A DNA stretch of 64,000 nt from the NCBI GenBank assembly GCA_050183995.1, contig JBFXAT010000017.1, forward strand, positions 3,167 to 67,166. The letters run 5' to 3'. The stretch comes from Vicinamibacterales bacterium (lineage in GTDB: Bacteria > Acidobacteriota > Vicinamibacteria > Vicinamibacterales > CAVVIG01). The position numbers and the translations under genes are program-made. Below the pieces are notes generated by a model. That model had not been told where the DNA came from, searched no databases, and worked only from the letters and a program-made list of their open reading frames with translations. This document shows, piece after piece, positions 37,915 through 47,185 of the stretch. Every line of letters starts with the position of its first letter. Position 1 is the stretch's first letter.

Positions 37915-39961
37915 GAGGCTTCGATTGAGCGAATCGGTTCGACGTCTGACATGGCCGGTCGACGCGCACGACCCGGAAGCAAACCTGACGCGTGAATGGC
38001 TCGTGTCGAACGGGCTGGGCGGATACGCGTGCGGCACGGTCGCCGACATCATCACGCGCCGGTACCACGGCCTGCTCGTCGCGGCTCTCCCGGCCCCGCT
38101 CGGCCGCATCGTCATGCTGAGTCATTTGGCAGAGCAGCTGCGCTTCCACGATGGACGCCGCATCGAGATCGGCGGGCGCGAGCGGCGAGGCCACCCGGAA
38201 GAGACGCCGGGCAGCGCGTACCTCGTGGAGTTCCGTCTGGAATCCGGGCTCCCGGTCTGGCGGTTCGACGTGGACGGCATCCGGCTCGAACGGCGCGTCT
38301 TCCTCACCTACATGCAGAACACGGTGCATGTCGTCTATGAACTGCTGGAGGGCGCCGACGCGATCGAGCTCGGCTTGCGGCCCTCGGTCAACTTCCGCCC
38401 GCAGGAAGCGCCGGTCAGCGAGCCGCTCGGCTGGCCGTACGAGTTTCGAGCGATCGGCGATCGCACCGAGATCTCTCTCCTGCACAGTCAGATGCCGTCC
38501 CTGCGGATGATGGTCTTCGGTGAAGACGCGACCTTCACGTTGAAAGGGAGGCGGATCGAGGAGGTGCAATACCCGGTCGAGGAACGCCGCGGCTACGAGG
38601 CGCGGGGCGACCTGTGGAGCCCTGGCTACTACCGGCTCACGATCGAGCGCGGTTCGCCCGCGTCTTTCCTCGCATCGACCGAGCCGTTCGAGACGATGAC
38701 CGTGTTGACGAGCCTGCAGGCGCTCACGGCCGAACGCGAACGCCGCCGCCGTCTCATCGCACAGGCCGACGCCGGCGCACGCACGCGACTCGGCGCCGAG
38801 CTGGTCCTCGCAGCGGACCAATTCATCATCACCCCGGCCGGACGCACCGAAGAAGCGGCGCGCGCACGAGCGGCGGGCGACGAAGTGCGCACGGTCATCG
38901 CCGGGTATCACTGGTTCACCGACTGGGGGCGCGACACGATGATCAGCCTCGAAGGGCTGACGCTCACGACGGGACGCCATGTCGAGGCCGGCTATATCCT
39001 TCGCACCTTTGCGCACTACGTTCGCGACGGTCTGATCCCGAACATGTTCCCCGAAGGGGAGAAGCAGGGGCTCTACCACACGGCGGACGCCACGCTGTGG
39101 TTCTTCCACGCGCTCGCGCGCTATCTCGCGGTCACGGGCGACAGTTTGACGCTCGATCGCATCTACCCGACGCTGGTCGAAATCGTCGAGGCGCACGAAC
39201 GGGGCACGCGCTTCGGGATACACGTCGATCCACGGGACGGCCTGCTGGCCCAGGGCGAGCCGGGTTATCAGCTGACATGGATGGACGCGAAGGTCGACGG
39301 ATGGGTCGTGACGCCGCGGCGCGGGAAGGCCGTCGAGATCAACGCGCTCTGGTACAACGCGCTGGAGCTCATGGCGGCGTGGGCGGGGGAGCGGGGCGAC
39401 ACCCGAGCAGCCGCGTACCGCGAACGCGCGGCGGAGGTCAAGGAGTCGTTCAACCGCCGGTTCTGGTACGGCGACGGGGGATACCTGTTCGACGTTGTCG
39501 ATGCCGAAGGTGGGGGGAACGATCCGAAGTGCCGGCCGAACCAGATCTTCGCCGTGTCGCTTCCGCATGCCGTCGCACGGCGCGAATATTGGGAGGCCAT
39601 CGTCGGGACCGTCCGCGATCGACTGCTGACGCCGGTTGGGCTTCGATCGCTGGCCCCGGGAGATCCCGACTTCAAGCCGCGGTACTACGGCGACCTGCGC
39701 GCGCGCGACGCCGCGTATCACCAGGGCACCGTGTGGGCGTGGCTCGCGGGGCCGTTCGTGGATGCGTGGCTGAGGGTCTATCCGGACGACGTGGCGGGCG
39801 CGCGTCGCGCGCTGAGCGGGTTCTCCGCGCATCTCGACGACGGCTGCATCGGCTCGATCAGCGAGATCTTCGACGCCGACGCGCCCTACACGCCCCGCGG
39901 CTGCGTGGCGCAGGCGTGGAGCGTCGCGGAAGTGCTCCGCGTGGTCAGCCGCCTTCCTTGA
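37892..39961 (+). CDS. GDE-type glycogen debranching enzyme (amylo-alpha-1,6-glucosidase family)
   Basis: EWLVSNGLGGYACGT (GDE_N), GYHWFTDWGRDTMISL, NALWYNAL, AYHQGTVWAWL. The start is uncertain: GTG 37892 overlaps treZ by 23 nt, and TTG 37925 is an alternative. Confidence 0.85.
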   Translation: MSVGARHRRLRLSESVRRLTWPVDAHDPEANLTREWLVSNGLGGYACGTVADIITRRYHGLLVAALPAPLGRIVMLSHLAEQLRFHDGRRIEIGGRERRGHPEETPGSAYLVEFRLESGLPVWRFDVDGIRLERRVFLTYMQNTVHVVYELLEGADAIELGLRPSVNFRPQEAPVSEPLGWPYEFRAIGDRTEISLLHSQMPSLRMMVFGEDATFTLKGRRIEEVQYPVEERRGYEARGDLWSPGYYRLTIERGSPASFLASTEPFETMTVLTSLQALTAERERRRRLIAQADAGARTRLGAELVLAADQFIITPAGRTEEAARARAAGDEVRTVIAGYHWFTDWGRDTMISLEGLTLTTGRHVEAGYILRTFAHYVRDGLIPNMFPEGEKQGLYHTADATLWFFHALARYLAVTGDSLTLDRIYPTLVEIVEAHERGTRFGIHVDPRDGLLAQGEPGYQLTWMDAKVDGWVVTPRRGKAVEINALWYNALELMAAWAGERGDTRAAAYRERAAEVKESFNRRFWYGDGGYLFDVVDAEGGGNDPKCRPNQIFAVSLPHAVARREYWEAIVGTVRDRLLTPVGLRSLAPGDPDFKPRYYGDLRARDAAYHQGTVWAWLAGPFVDAWLRVYPDDVAGARRALSGFSAHLDDGCIGSISEIFDADAPYTPRGCVAQAWSVAEVLRVVSRLP

Positions 39962-40337
39962 GCTTTCTGAGAGCCCGGCGCGCCCGCCGATCGGGTGTGG
40001 TCGGCGGCGTCACGGCCGCGCGATAGAGCCGCTCGGCGCGCCGCAGCTCGATCTCCTCGGGCGTCAGCGCCGGCGTACGATCCTCGTACATCCGGCGCGC
40101 CTCGGCCTTGGCCACGTGCCGTTCGCCCACAGTCGTCACGACGATGGTCTGACGGCGGCCGAACGGGCGGCCGATGGTCAACTCGTCCCCGGCGCGAATC
40201 GTGCGATGGGGCTTGGCCGGCTGGCCGTTCACCGCGATCTTCCCCGTTCGAATGGCCTTCTGCGCCTCCGACCGCGTCCGGAACACGCAGGCGACATCGA
40301 GCCACACGTCCAGACGAACGGCGGCGTCCGCGGTCAT
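39945..40337 (-). CDS. hslR: S4-domain heat-shock protein 15 (HslR-like ribosome-associated protein)
   Basis: VRLDVWLDVACVFRTRSEAQKAIRTGKIAVNGQPAKP..., collinear with E. coli HslR including the basic C-terminal tail. Start ATG 40337 is preferred over 40382. Confidence 0.8.
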   Translation of the reverse strand: MTADAAVRLDVWLDVACVFRTRSEAQKAIRTGKIAVNGQPAKPHRTIRAGDELTIGRPFGRRQTIVVTTVGERHVAKAEARRMYEDRTPALTPEEIELRRAERLYRAAVTPPTTPDRRARRALRKLKEGG

Positions 40338-40473
40338 GACGCCCCCTGCGCGCCCGGCCGATGATGCAGCATGGGAATCCATGATATCGGTGCGGCTCGC
40401 ATTTCAGGTATAACTCTCCCGGCCAAACTCACAGACCGACGTTCGTTCATCCGTCGAAGGAGCGCGCGCGTAC

Positions 40474-42144
40474 ATGTGGCAGCACAACTATGAACCCGTG
40501 GGCGGGAGCCTGGCGCTGTCGGCGCCGATTGCCGCCGTCCCGATTGTCGTCTTGTTCCTGATGCTCGGCGTCTGGCGAAAGCCGTCGTGGATGTCCGCCC
40601 TGTCCGCCCTCGGCTCCGCGCTGGTGGTGGCGCTGGCCGTGTACGGGATGCCGGTGTCCCTGGCGCTCGCGTCGACGATCTACGGCGCGGCGTACGGGCT
40701 GTTCCCGATCGCCTGGGTCGTGTTCGCGGCGATCATGCTGTATCGGCTGGTCGTCGATACCGGGAACTTCGAGGTCATCAAGGACTCGGTCGGGAGCCTC
40801 ACCGATGACCGGCGTCTCCAGGCCCTGTTCATCGCGTTCTCGTTCGGAGCCTTCATCGAGGGCGCGGCTGGATTCGGCGCGCCGGTCGCCGTGGCCGGCG
40901 CGATGCTCGCCGGGCTGGGCTTCGACCCGTTCTACGCCGCCGGCATCTGCCTGCTGGCGAACACGGCACCGGTCGCGTTCGGATCGATCGGCATCCCGGT
41001 CGTCACGCTGGCGAACGTCACCGGCCTGCCGCTCATGTCGCTCAGTGCGATGGTCGGCCGGCTGTGCGCCATGGTTTCGGTCTTCATCCCCGCGTATCTC
41101 ATCTTCGTCATGGTCGGACGCAAACGGGGACTCGAGGTGCTGCCGGCCATCATCGCCTGCGGCGTGTCGTTCGCGGGCATGCAGTTCATCGTGTCGAACT
41201 ACGTCGGGGCGGAACTGACCGACATCCTCAGCTCGCTCACCTGCATCATCGTGATGGTCGCGGTCCTGAAGCTCTGGAAGCCGAAGTCGATCATGCGCCT
41301 TCCTGGTGATCGGCCCCCGAGCACCGAGGTCCACCGGCACAGCGGACGCGACATCTTCATCGCCTGGCTGCCGTATCTGCTGCTCGTGGTGTTCGTGCTG
41401 GCGTGGGGCGAGCCGGCCATCAAGCGCCTCCTCGACACGTTCACGAACGGTCTGCTGCCAAGTGGGTTCAACGCCGGCACGCTCAACGGCCTGAACGTCC
41501 CGGGTCTGCACAACCAGGTCATCAGGGTCCCCCCTGTGACCCCCCAGCCCTCGCCGTACGGCGCGGTGTTCACGTTCAACTGGCTCAGCGCCTCGGGCAC
41601 CGCCTGTATGCTGGCCACGCTGGTGGCGGCCCTGCTGCTCAGAGTGAAGCCCAAGCAGGTGGTGAACGCCTATGTCGCGACCTTCCGGCAGCTCTCGCTG
41701 GCGATGTTGACCATCGCCTCGATGCTCGGCCTGGCCTACCTGATGAACTACTCCGGCATGACCTCGACGCTCGGCCTGGCCTTGGCGTCGACCGGAGGCG
41801 CGTTTCCGTTCTTCAGCGCGGTGGTCGGATGGATGGGCGTCTTCCTCACCGGCAGCGACACGTCGGCCAACGCGCTCTTCGGCAACCTGCAGGTCGTCAC
41901 CGCGAACGCGTTGAACCTGAATCCCATCCTGACCGCCTCGGTGAACTCGGCCGCTGGAGTCATGGGGAAGATGATTTCGGTCCAAAGCATCGCGGTCGCC
42001 GTCGCCGCGACGGGGATGACGTCCGAGGACGAAGGCCGCCTCTTCCGCTTCACGATCAAGCACAGTGTGTTCCTGATGGCGGTGATGGGCATCCTCTCGC
42101 TGCTGTTCGCATACGTGCTCACCGACTACGTGCCAGGCGCGTAG
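40474..42144 (+). CDS. lctP: L-lactate permease family transporter
   Basis: 556 aa, polytopic. N-terminus MWQHNYEPVGGSLALSAPIAAVPIVVLFLMLG and overall length are typical of LctP/LldP. GGAG lies 13 nt upstream of the start. Confidence 0.85.
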   Translation: MWQHNYEPVGGSLALSAPIAAVPIVVLFLMLGVWRKPSWMSALSALGSALVVALAVYGMPVSLALASTIYGAAYGLFPIAWVVFAAIMLYRLVVDTGNFEVIKDSVGSLTDDRRLQALFIAFSFGAFIEGAAGFGAPVAVAGAMLAGLGFDPFYAAGICLLANTAPVAFGSIGIPVVTLANVTGLPLMSLSAMVGRLCAMVSVFIPAYLIFVMVGRKRGLEVLPAIIACGVSFAGMQFIVSNYVGAELTDILSSLTCIIVMVAVLKLWKPKSIMRLPGDRPPSTEVHRHSGRDIFIAWLPYLLLVVFVLAWGEPAIKRLLDTFTNGLLPSGFNAGTLNGLNVPGLHNQVIRVPPVTPQPSPYGAVFTFNWLSASGTACMLATLVAALLLRVKPKQVVNAYVATFRQLSLAMLTIASMLGLAYLMNYSGMTSTLGLALASTGGAFPFFSAVVGWMGVFLTGSDTSANALFGNLQVVTANALNLNPILTASVNSAAGVMGKMISVQSIAVAVAATGMTSEDEGRLFRFTIKHSVFLMAVMGILSLLFAYVLTDYVPGA

Positions 42145-42403
42145 CTGGCACCCCGGGATTCGGGTGCGCGACTTGCCCCACGAGAGCGCGTGGCGCAACG
42201 AATCCCGGTGGTCGCTGTCCTCATCAACAACGGTGCGCCGTCGAGCTGCTGCGCGCGGCGCTGGAACACGCCGGGCCTAGTCGTGGTCTCGACTCACGTC
42301 GACGCGGTGAGGCGGAGGGGACCCGGCAGGCCGCTCGGTCCAGACCGACGCGGGACTAGCTCGATGGGCGACGCCGGACCGGACGGCGTCTACAATTCCA
42401 GAC

Positions 42404-42655
42404 ATGACGTGGACCGACGCCCTGGTGGAGTTCGTGGAGAAGACGGCTCTCTTGCGCGAGAGCATCAAGCGCCGGGGGGACGATGAGCACTATGCCGCCC
42501 GGGTGGCCCGGATGTCGCAGAAGGTGGAGCAGCTCGCCGACGAGCTCGCGGCGTCAGAGCCGGAGGTGGCGAAGGCCGTCAGGGCCGCCTGGAGCCGTCC
42601 CGTGCGCAGTCTCGCGTTTCGCAACGCCGCGCACCGTACCGACCGCGACGAATAG
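42404..42655 (+). CDS. small helical hypothetical protein (83 aa)
   Basis: GC3-rich codon pattern and no shadow-ORF composition. TACAAT sits 7 nt upstream of the ATG and there is no SD, so it is possibly leaderless. Confidence 0.5.
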   Translation: MTWTDALVEFVEKTALLRESIKRRGDDEHYAARVARMSQKVEQLADELAASEPEVAKAVRAAWSRPVRSLAFRNAAHRTDRDE

Positions 42656-42685
42656 GGAACGCCGATCCACGAACGGTCCCGGGCG

Positions 42686-45019
42686 CTATGCGGCCGGCGT
42701 CGCAGGCTGATAGGAGAACGTGAGCGCCTCGCCGGACGCGTCGATCACCGCCGTCCCGCCGTGCTCGAGGGGACCGAACAGAATCTGGTCCGTGAGCACG
42801 TCGCGCACGTTCTTTTGAATGACGCGGGCGAGAGGCCTGGCGCCGAAGACGCGATCGTAGCCTGCCTTGGCCAGCCAGGCGCGCGCCGCGGGCGTCAGCG
42901 TGATCGCCACCTTGCGCTCGGTGAGCTGGCTCTCCAGCTGCAGGATGAACTTGTCGACGATCGTCTCCATGGCGTCTGGTGACAGAGCCTTGAAGAGGAC
43001 GATCGCGTCGAGCCGGTTCCGGAACTCCGGGCTGAAGACGCGTTCGAGCGCGGCGCGTGCCTTTCCCGCCGCCGCGCGGCCGAGCGCATCGTCGGGGGAG
43101 CCGGGACCCGAGTCGCCGAAGCCGATACTGGCCGAGCCCATTTCGCGGGAGCCCGCGTTCGACGTGAGGATCAGCACGGTGTTGCGGAAGTCCGCCTTGC
43201 GGCCGCTGTTGTCGGTCAGGGTGGCGTGATCCATGACCTGGAGCAGCACGTTGTAGATGTCGGGGTGCGCCTTCTCGATCTCGTCGAGAAGAACCACGCT
43301 GTACGGGTGCTGCCGCACGGCGTCGACCAGCAGCCCGCCCTGTTCGAAGCCGACGTATCCGGGAGGCGCGCCGATGAGCCGGGACACGGCGTGCTTCTCC
43401 ATGTACTCGCTCATGTCGAAACGGATGAATTCGTTGCCGAGGAGCAGGGCGAGCTGTTTGGCGAGCTCCGTCTTGCCCACGCCCGTCGGTCCCGTGAAGA
43501 GGAAACAGCCGGCCGGTCGGTCCGGCTGGCCCAATCCGGCGCGCGATCGCTTGATGGCCTGCGCGACCAGCTGCACCGCCTCGTCCTGCCCGAAGACCAC
43601 GCGCCGCAGCGAGTCCTCGAGCGTGCGCAGGCGATCCCGGTCCGAGGCGCTCGCCTGCCGGTCGGGAATCCGGGCGACACGGGCCGCGATGCGCTCGATG
43701 TCGCGAACGTCGACGACGGGCCTGGACGCAGGTGCCTCGTCGAGCGGTTCGCCGGCAGCGGCTCGCGCGGCCAGGGCCTGCAGGCGGGTGACGGAGCCTG
43801 CCTCGTCGAGCAGATCGATCGCGCTGTCGGGGAGCCGATAGTCTCGGAGGTGCCGCGCGGCGAGCCGCGCAGCGGCGTCGAGCGCGCCGTCGGTGAACGA
43901 GACGCCGTGATGCTCCTCGTATCGGCTGCGAAGCCCCTGCAGGATGCCGACCGTCTCGACAATCGACGGCTCCTCGACGGCAATCTTCTGCAGGCGCCGG
44001 GCGAGCGCGCGGTCCTTCTCGATCTGTTTGAACTCCTCGTGCGTCGTCGAGCCGATCACCCGGAGCGTCCCGGTGGTGAGGAGCGGCTTCAGGAGCGTGG
44101 CGAGGTCCATCGTTCCGCCCGTGACCGCTCCCGCGCCGACCGTGGAGTGCATCTCGTCGATGAAGAGGATCGGGCGTGGGCGCGCCCCCAGCGCCGCGAC
44201 CACCGCCTTGAAGCGTTCTTCGAAGTCGCCGCGGAATCGCGTGCCCGCGAGGAGTGCGCCGGTGTCGAGCGAGAACACCTCCGCTCCGGCGAGCGCGCCC
44301 TGCACGTCGTCTTTCAGCAGACGTGAGGCAAGCCCCTCGGCGAGTGCCGTCTTGCCGACGCCGGGGTCGCCGACGAACACCGGGTTGTTCTTCCGGCGCC
44401 GGCAGAGCACTTCGATCGTGCGCTGGAGCTCGGGAGCCCGGCCGATGAGCGGATCGAGCAGGCCCTGGCGCGCGCGATCCGTGAGGTTGACGCAGTAGGC
44501 CGCCAGCGGATTGCTCGCTGCGGCGGGTGCGGCCGTGTCGGCCTCGACGGCAGGGTCGGCGCCGGGCTCGCCGGTCCGATGGGACGGCGTCTTCGCGATG
44601 CCGTGCGAAATGTAGTTGAGGATGTCGAGCCGCGTGACGCCGTGTTCGGTCAGCAGCTGCGCCGCGTGGCTCTTGGGCTGCTGCATCATTGCGGCGAGGA
44701 TGTCGCCGGCATTCGCCTCGTCGCGCTGCGCGCTCTGCACGTGGAGGACGGCGGTCTGGAGCACGCGCCGGAACGCGACGGTCTGCTCCGGGTCCTTCGC
44801 GCTCCCGCGGCGCTGCCGTTCGATGGCCTCGTCGAGGTACGCGTCGAGCTGACGCCGCAGCATCGGCAGATCGACGCCGCAGGCGCCGAGGATGCGCTCG
44901 CCGTCGGGATCGTGCGCCAGCGCGTACAGCAGATGCTCCAGTGTGAGATAGGCGTGTCCGCGCGAGATCGCCTCGCGGAACGCGATGTTCAGGATGACCT
45001 CGAGCGCCGGGGAAAACAT
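42686..45019 (-). CDS. clpA: ATP-dependent Clp protease ATP-binding subunit ClpA
   Basis: Part of ORF 42686..45109, with start at ATG 45019 (MFSPALEVILNIAFREA). GDPGVGKTA and GPTGVGKTE, with no M-domain. Its start shares one nt with the clpS stop (TAATG). Confidence 0.93.
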   Translation of the reverse strand: MFSPALEVILNIAFREAISRGHAYLTLEHLLYALAHDPDGERILGACGVDLPMLRRQLDAYLDEAIERQRRGSAKDPEQTVAFRRVLQTAVLHVQSAQRDEANAGDILAAMMQQPKSHAAQLLTEHGVTRLDILNYISHGIAKTPSHRTGEPGADPAVEADTAAPAAASNPLAAYCVNLTDRARQGLLDPLIGRAPELQRTIEVLCRRRKNNPVFVGDPGVGKTALAEGLASRLLKDDVQGALAGAEVFSLDTGALLAGTRFRGDFEERFKAVVAALGARPRPILFIDEMHSTVGAGAVTGGTMDLATLLKPLLTTGTLRVIGSTTHEEFKQIEKDRALARRLQKIAVEEPSIVETVGILQGLRSRYEEHHGVSFTDGALDAAARLAARHLRDYRLPDSAIDLLDEAGSVTRLQALAARAAAGEPLDEAPASRPVVDVRDIERIAARVARIPDRQASASDRDRLRTLEDSLRRVVFGQDEAVQLVAQAIKRSRAGLGQPDRPAGCFLFTGPTGVGKTELAKQLALLLGNEFIRFDMSEYMEKHAVSRLIGAPPGYVGFEQGGLLVDAVRQHPYSVVLLDEIEKAHPDIYNVLLQVMDHATLTDNSGRKADFRNTVLILTSNAGSREMGSASIGFGDSGPGSPDDALGRAAAGKARAALERVFSPEFRNRLDAIVLFKALSPDAMETIVDKFILQLESQLTERKVAITLTPAARAWLAKAGYDRVFGARPLARVIQKNVRDVLTDQILFGPLEHGGTAVIDASGEALTFSYQPATPAA

Positions 45020-45339
45020 TACGCGTCCTCTATCGTCGCCTGCAGCGGATGCCCGGCGTCTTGAGCGGCCGACAGCAGCGCCTCGACCTTGGTCTCGGCG
45101 ACTTCCCATGGATACGAGCCAGCGACCCCTCGGCCCTCCGTATGGACCTGGATCATGACCCGATAGGCTTCGGCCGGCGACTTCTGAAACAGGCTCTCGA
45201 GCACGTCGACGACGAACTGCATCGGCGTGTAGTCGTCATTGAGCAGGACCACGTTGAAGAGCGTCGGTTCCTTCAGCTGATCCTGGACCCGCTCCTTGAC
45301 CGCGTCGCCGGTCTGCCCGTCCCGCTCCGTTGCGCCCAT
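45019..45339 (-). CDS. clpS: ClpS adaptor protein
   Basis: LFNVVLLNDDYTPMQFVVDVLESLF...A..VM..VH..G. Start at ATG 45339 or 45360. Confidence 0.9.
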   Translation of the reverse strand: MGATERDGQTGDAVKERVQDQLKEPTLFNVVLLNDDYTPMQFVVDVLESLFQKSPAEAYRVMIQVHTEGRGVAGSYPWEVAETKVEALLSAAQDAGHPLQATIEDA

Positions 45340-45358
45340 GCCTGTACAAGCGTAACGC

Positions 45359-46087
45359 ATGTACGCGCGCAGGCTAAGATCGGGACGAATGGTCCGCTTT
45401 GCGCCATCGGCCGCGGCTTGGGCTGCGGCGCCACAGCCCGTCGGCTCGAGCCTCTGGCGGTTTCCCCCGGCCGATCAGTGGCCCGACGAGGACCTGATTG
45501 CCGGAGGCGCCGACCTCGAGCCGCCCACAGTGCTCGACGCGTACCGGCGCGGTCTCTTCCCCATGGATGTGACCGGGATTCCAGGCCTGCTCGGCTGGTG
45601 GTCCCCGGACCCCCGCGGGGTGATTCCACTCGATCGTCTTCGTGTGTCGAAGTCGCTGCGGCAGAGCGCGAAGCGGTTCGAGCTGCGCGTGGATACGGCG
45701 TTCGAACGCGTCATACGCGCATGTGGGCATCCATCGCGCGAGGACGGGTGGATCACCGAGCCGTTCATTGCCACGTACCTCCGCCTCCATCTCCTCGGGT
45801 GGGCGCACAGCGTCGAGGCATACGATCGCGATGGAAACCTGGCGGGCGGTTTGTACGGCGTACGGATCTCCCGCTTCTTCGCCGGAGAGTCGATGTTCCA
45901 CGAACAGCGCGATGCCTCGAAGGTGGCGCTCGTCGGACTCGTGGAGCTGATGCGGCAGAGCGGAATGGTCCTGCTCGACACGCAGTGGTGCACCCCGCAC
46001 CTCGCCTCGCTCGGCGCCATCGAGATTCCCCGGATGCGTTACCTCGCCCAATTGGCCGACGCGGTCGGCGAGAGCGTCGCGGCATGA
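45359..46087 (+). CDS. aat: leucyl/phenylalanyl-tRNA--protein transferase
   Basis: Collinear with E. coli Aat: LDAYRRGLFPM, WWSPDPRGV, GGLYGV..G..F.GESMF, and ASKVAL. The start may instead be 45389. Confidence 0.9.
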   Translation: MYARRLRSGRMVRFAPSAAAWAAAPQPVGSSLWRFPPADQWPDEDLIAGGADLEPPTVLDAYRRGLFPMDVTGIPGLLGWWSPDPRGVIPLDRLRVSKSLRQSAKRFELRVDTAFERVIRACGHPSREDGWITEPFIATYLRLHLLGWAHSVEAYDRDGNLAGGLYGVRISRFFAGESMFHEQRDASKVALVGLVELMRQSGMVLLDTQWCTPHLASLGAIEIPRMRYLAQLADAVGESVAA

Positions 46088-47112
46088 TCCAGCTCGGGCT
46101 CGACACGTTCGGCGACGTGACGCTCGACACAGGCGGCCAGCCGCTGCCTCACGCCCAGGTGATTCGGCATGTTGTCGACGAGGCGGTTCTGGCTGACGGT
46201 CTCGGCCTGCACTTCTTCGGCGTCGGCGAGCACCATCGTCCTGATTTCGCGGTATCGGCGCCGGAGGTCGTGCTGGCGGCGATCGCCGGCCGGACGGAGC
46301 GGATCCACCTGGGATCCTCGGTGACGGTGCTGAGCTCGGACGACCCGGTACGTGTCTATCAGCGCTTCAGCACGCTGAACGCGGTCAGCCGGGGCCGCGC
46401 CGAGGTGATTCTCGGCCGCGGGTCGTTCACGGAGTCGTTCCCGCTCTTTGGTTTCGATCTGGCCGACTACGACCGGCTGTTCGACGAGAAGCTCGAGCTC
46501 TTCGCCGCGCTCCTCACCGAGACGCCGGTGAGCTGGACGGGGAAGACGCGATCGCCTCTGAGCGGTCAACGCGTGTACCCGGCGGTTGAATCGGGCCGCC
46601 TGCAGGCGTGGGTGGGCGTTGGCGGAACTCCAGAGTCGGTCGTCAGGGCCGCGCGGCACGGTCTGCCGCTGATGCTCGCGATCATCGGCGGGAGCCCGGC
46701 CCGCTTTTCGCCGTATGCCGACCTGTATCGCCGGGCGCTGGCGGAGTTCGGACACGCGGAGCAACCCATCGGGGCGCACTCGCCAGGCCACGTGGCCGCG
46801 ACGGACGAGCAGGCGCGTGAGGAGCTCTGGCCTCACTACGCCTCGCTCATGAGCCGAATCGGCGCGGAGCGCGGCTGGCCGGCTGTCAGCCGCGCGCAGT
46901 TCGAACGAGAAGCTGGCGTGGGCGGCGCGCTCTGCGTCGGGTCGCCGGAGACGGTTGCGCGCAAGATCGCGTCGGCGGCCTCCACGCTCGGTCTCGCGCG
47001 CTTCGATCTGAAGTACAGCAACGGCACTCTGCCTCACGATTCCCTTATGCGAAGCATCGAGTTGTACGCGACCAGGGTGGCGCCGCGCGTTCAGGAGCTG
47101 CTCGAGGGATAG
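46084..47112 (+). CDS. LLM-class (luciferase-like) flavin-dependent oxidoreductase
   Basis: Part of ORF 45049..47112, with start ATG 46084 overlapping the aat stop (ATGA). MIQLGLDTFGD..., LHFFGVGEHH, SSDDPVRVYQRFSTLNAVSRGRAEVILGRG. Confidence 0.8.
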   Translation: MIQLGLDTFGDVTLDTGGQPLPHAQVIRHVVDEAVLADGLGLHFFGVGEHHRPDFAVSAPEVVLAAIAGRTERIHLGSSVTVLSSDDPVRVYQRFSTLNAVSRGRAEVILGRGSFTESFPLFGFDLADYDRLFDEKLELFAALLTETPVSWTGKTRSPLSGQRVYPAVESGRLQAWVGVGGTPESVVRAARHGLPLMLAIIGGSPARFSPYADLYRRALAEFGHAEQPIGAHSPGHVAATDEQAREELWPHYASLMSRIGAERGWPAVSRAQFEREAGVGGALCVGSPETVARKIASAASTLGLARFDLKYSNGTLPHDSLMRSIELYATRVAPRVQELLEG

Positions 47113-47185
47113 CGCTGCGACTATAATTCGCGCCGGTCACGCTACACACCGGTCACACGTCGCAGTTCCTCGAATGGAGCCGAAC

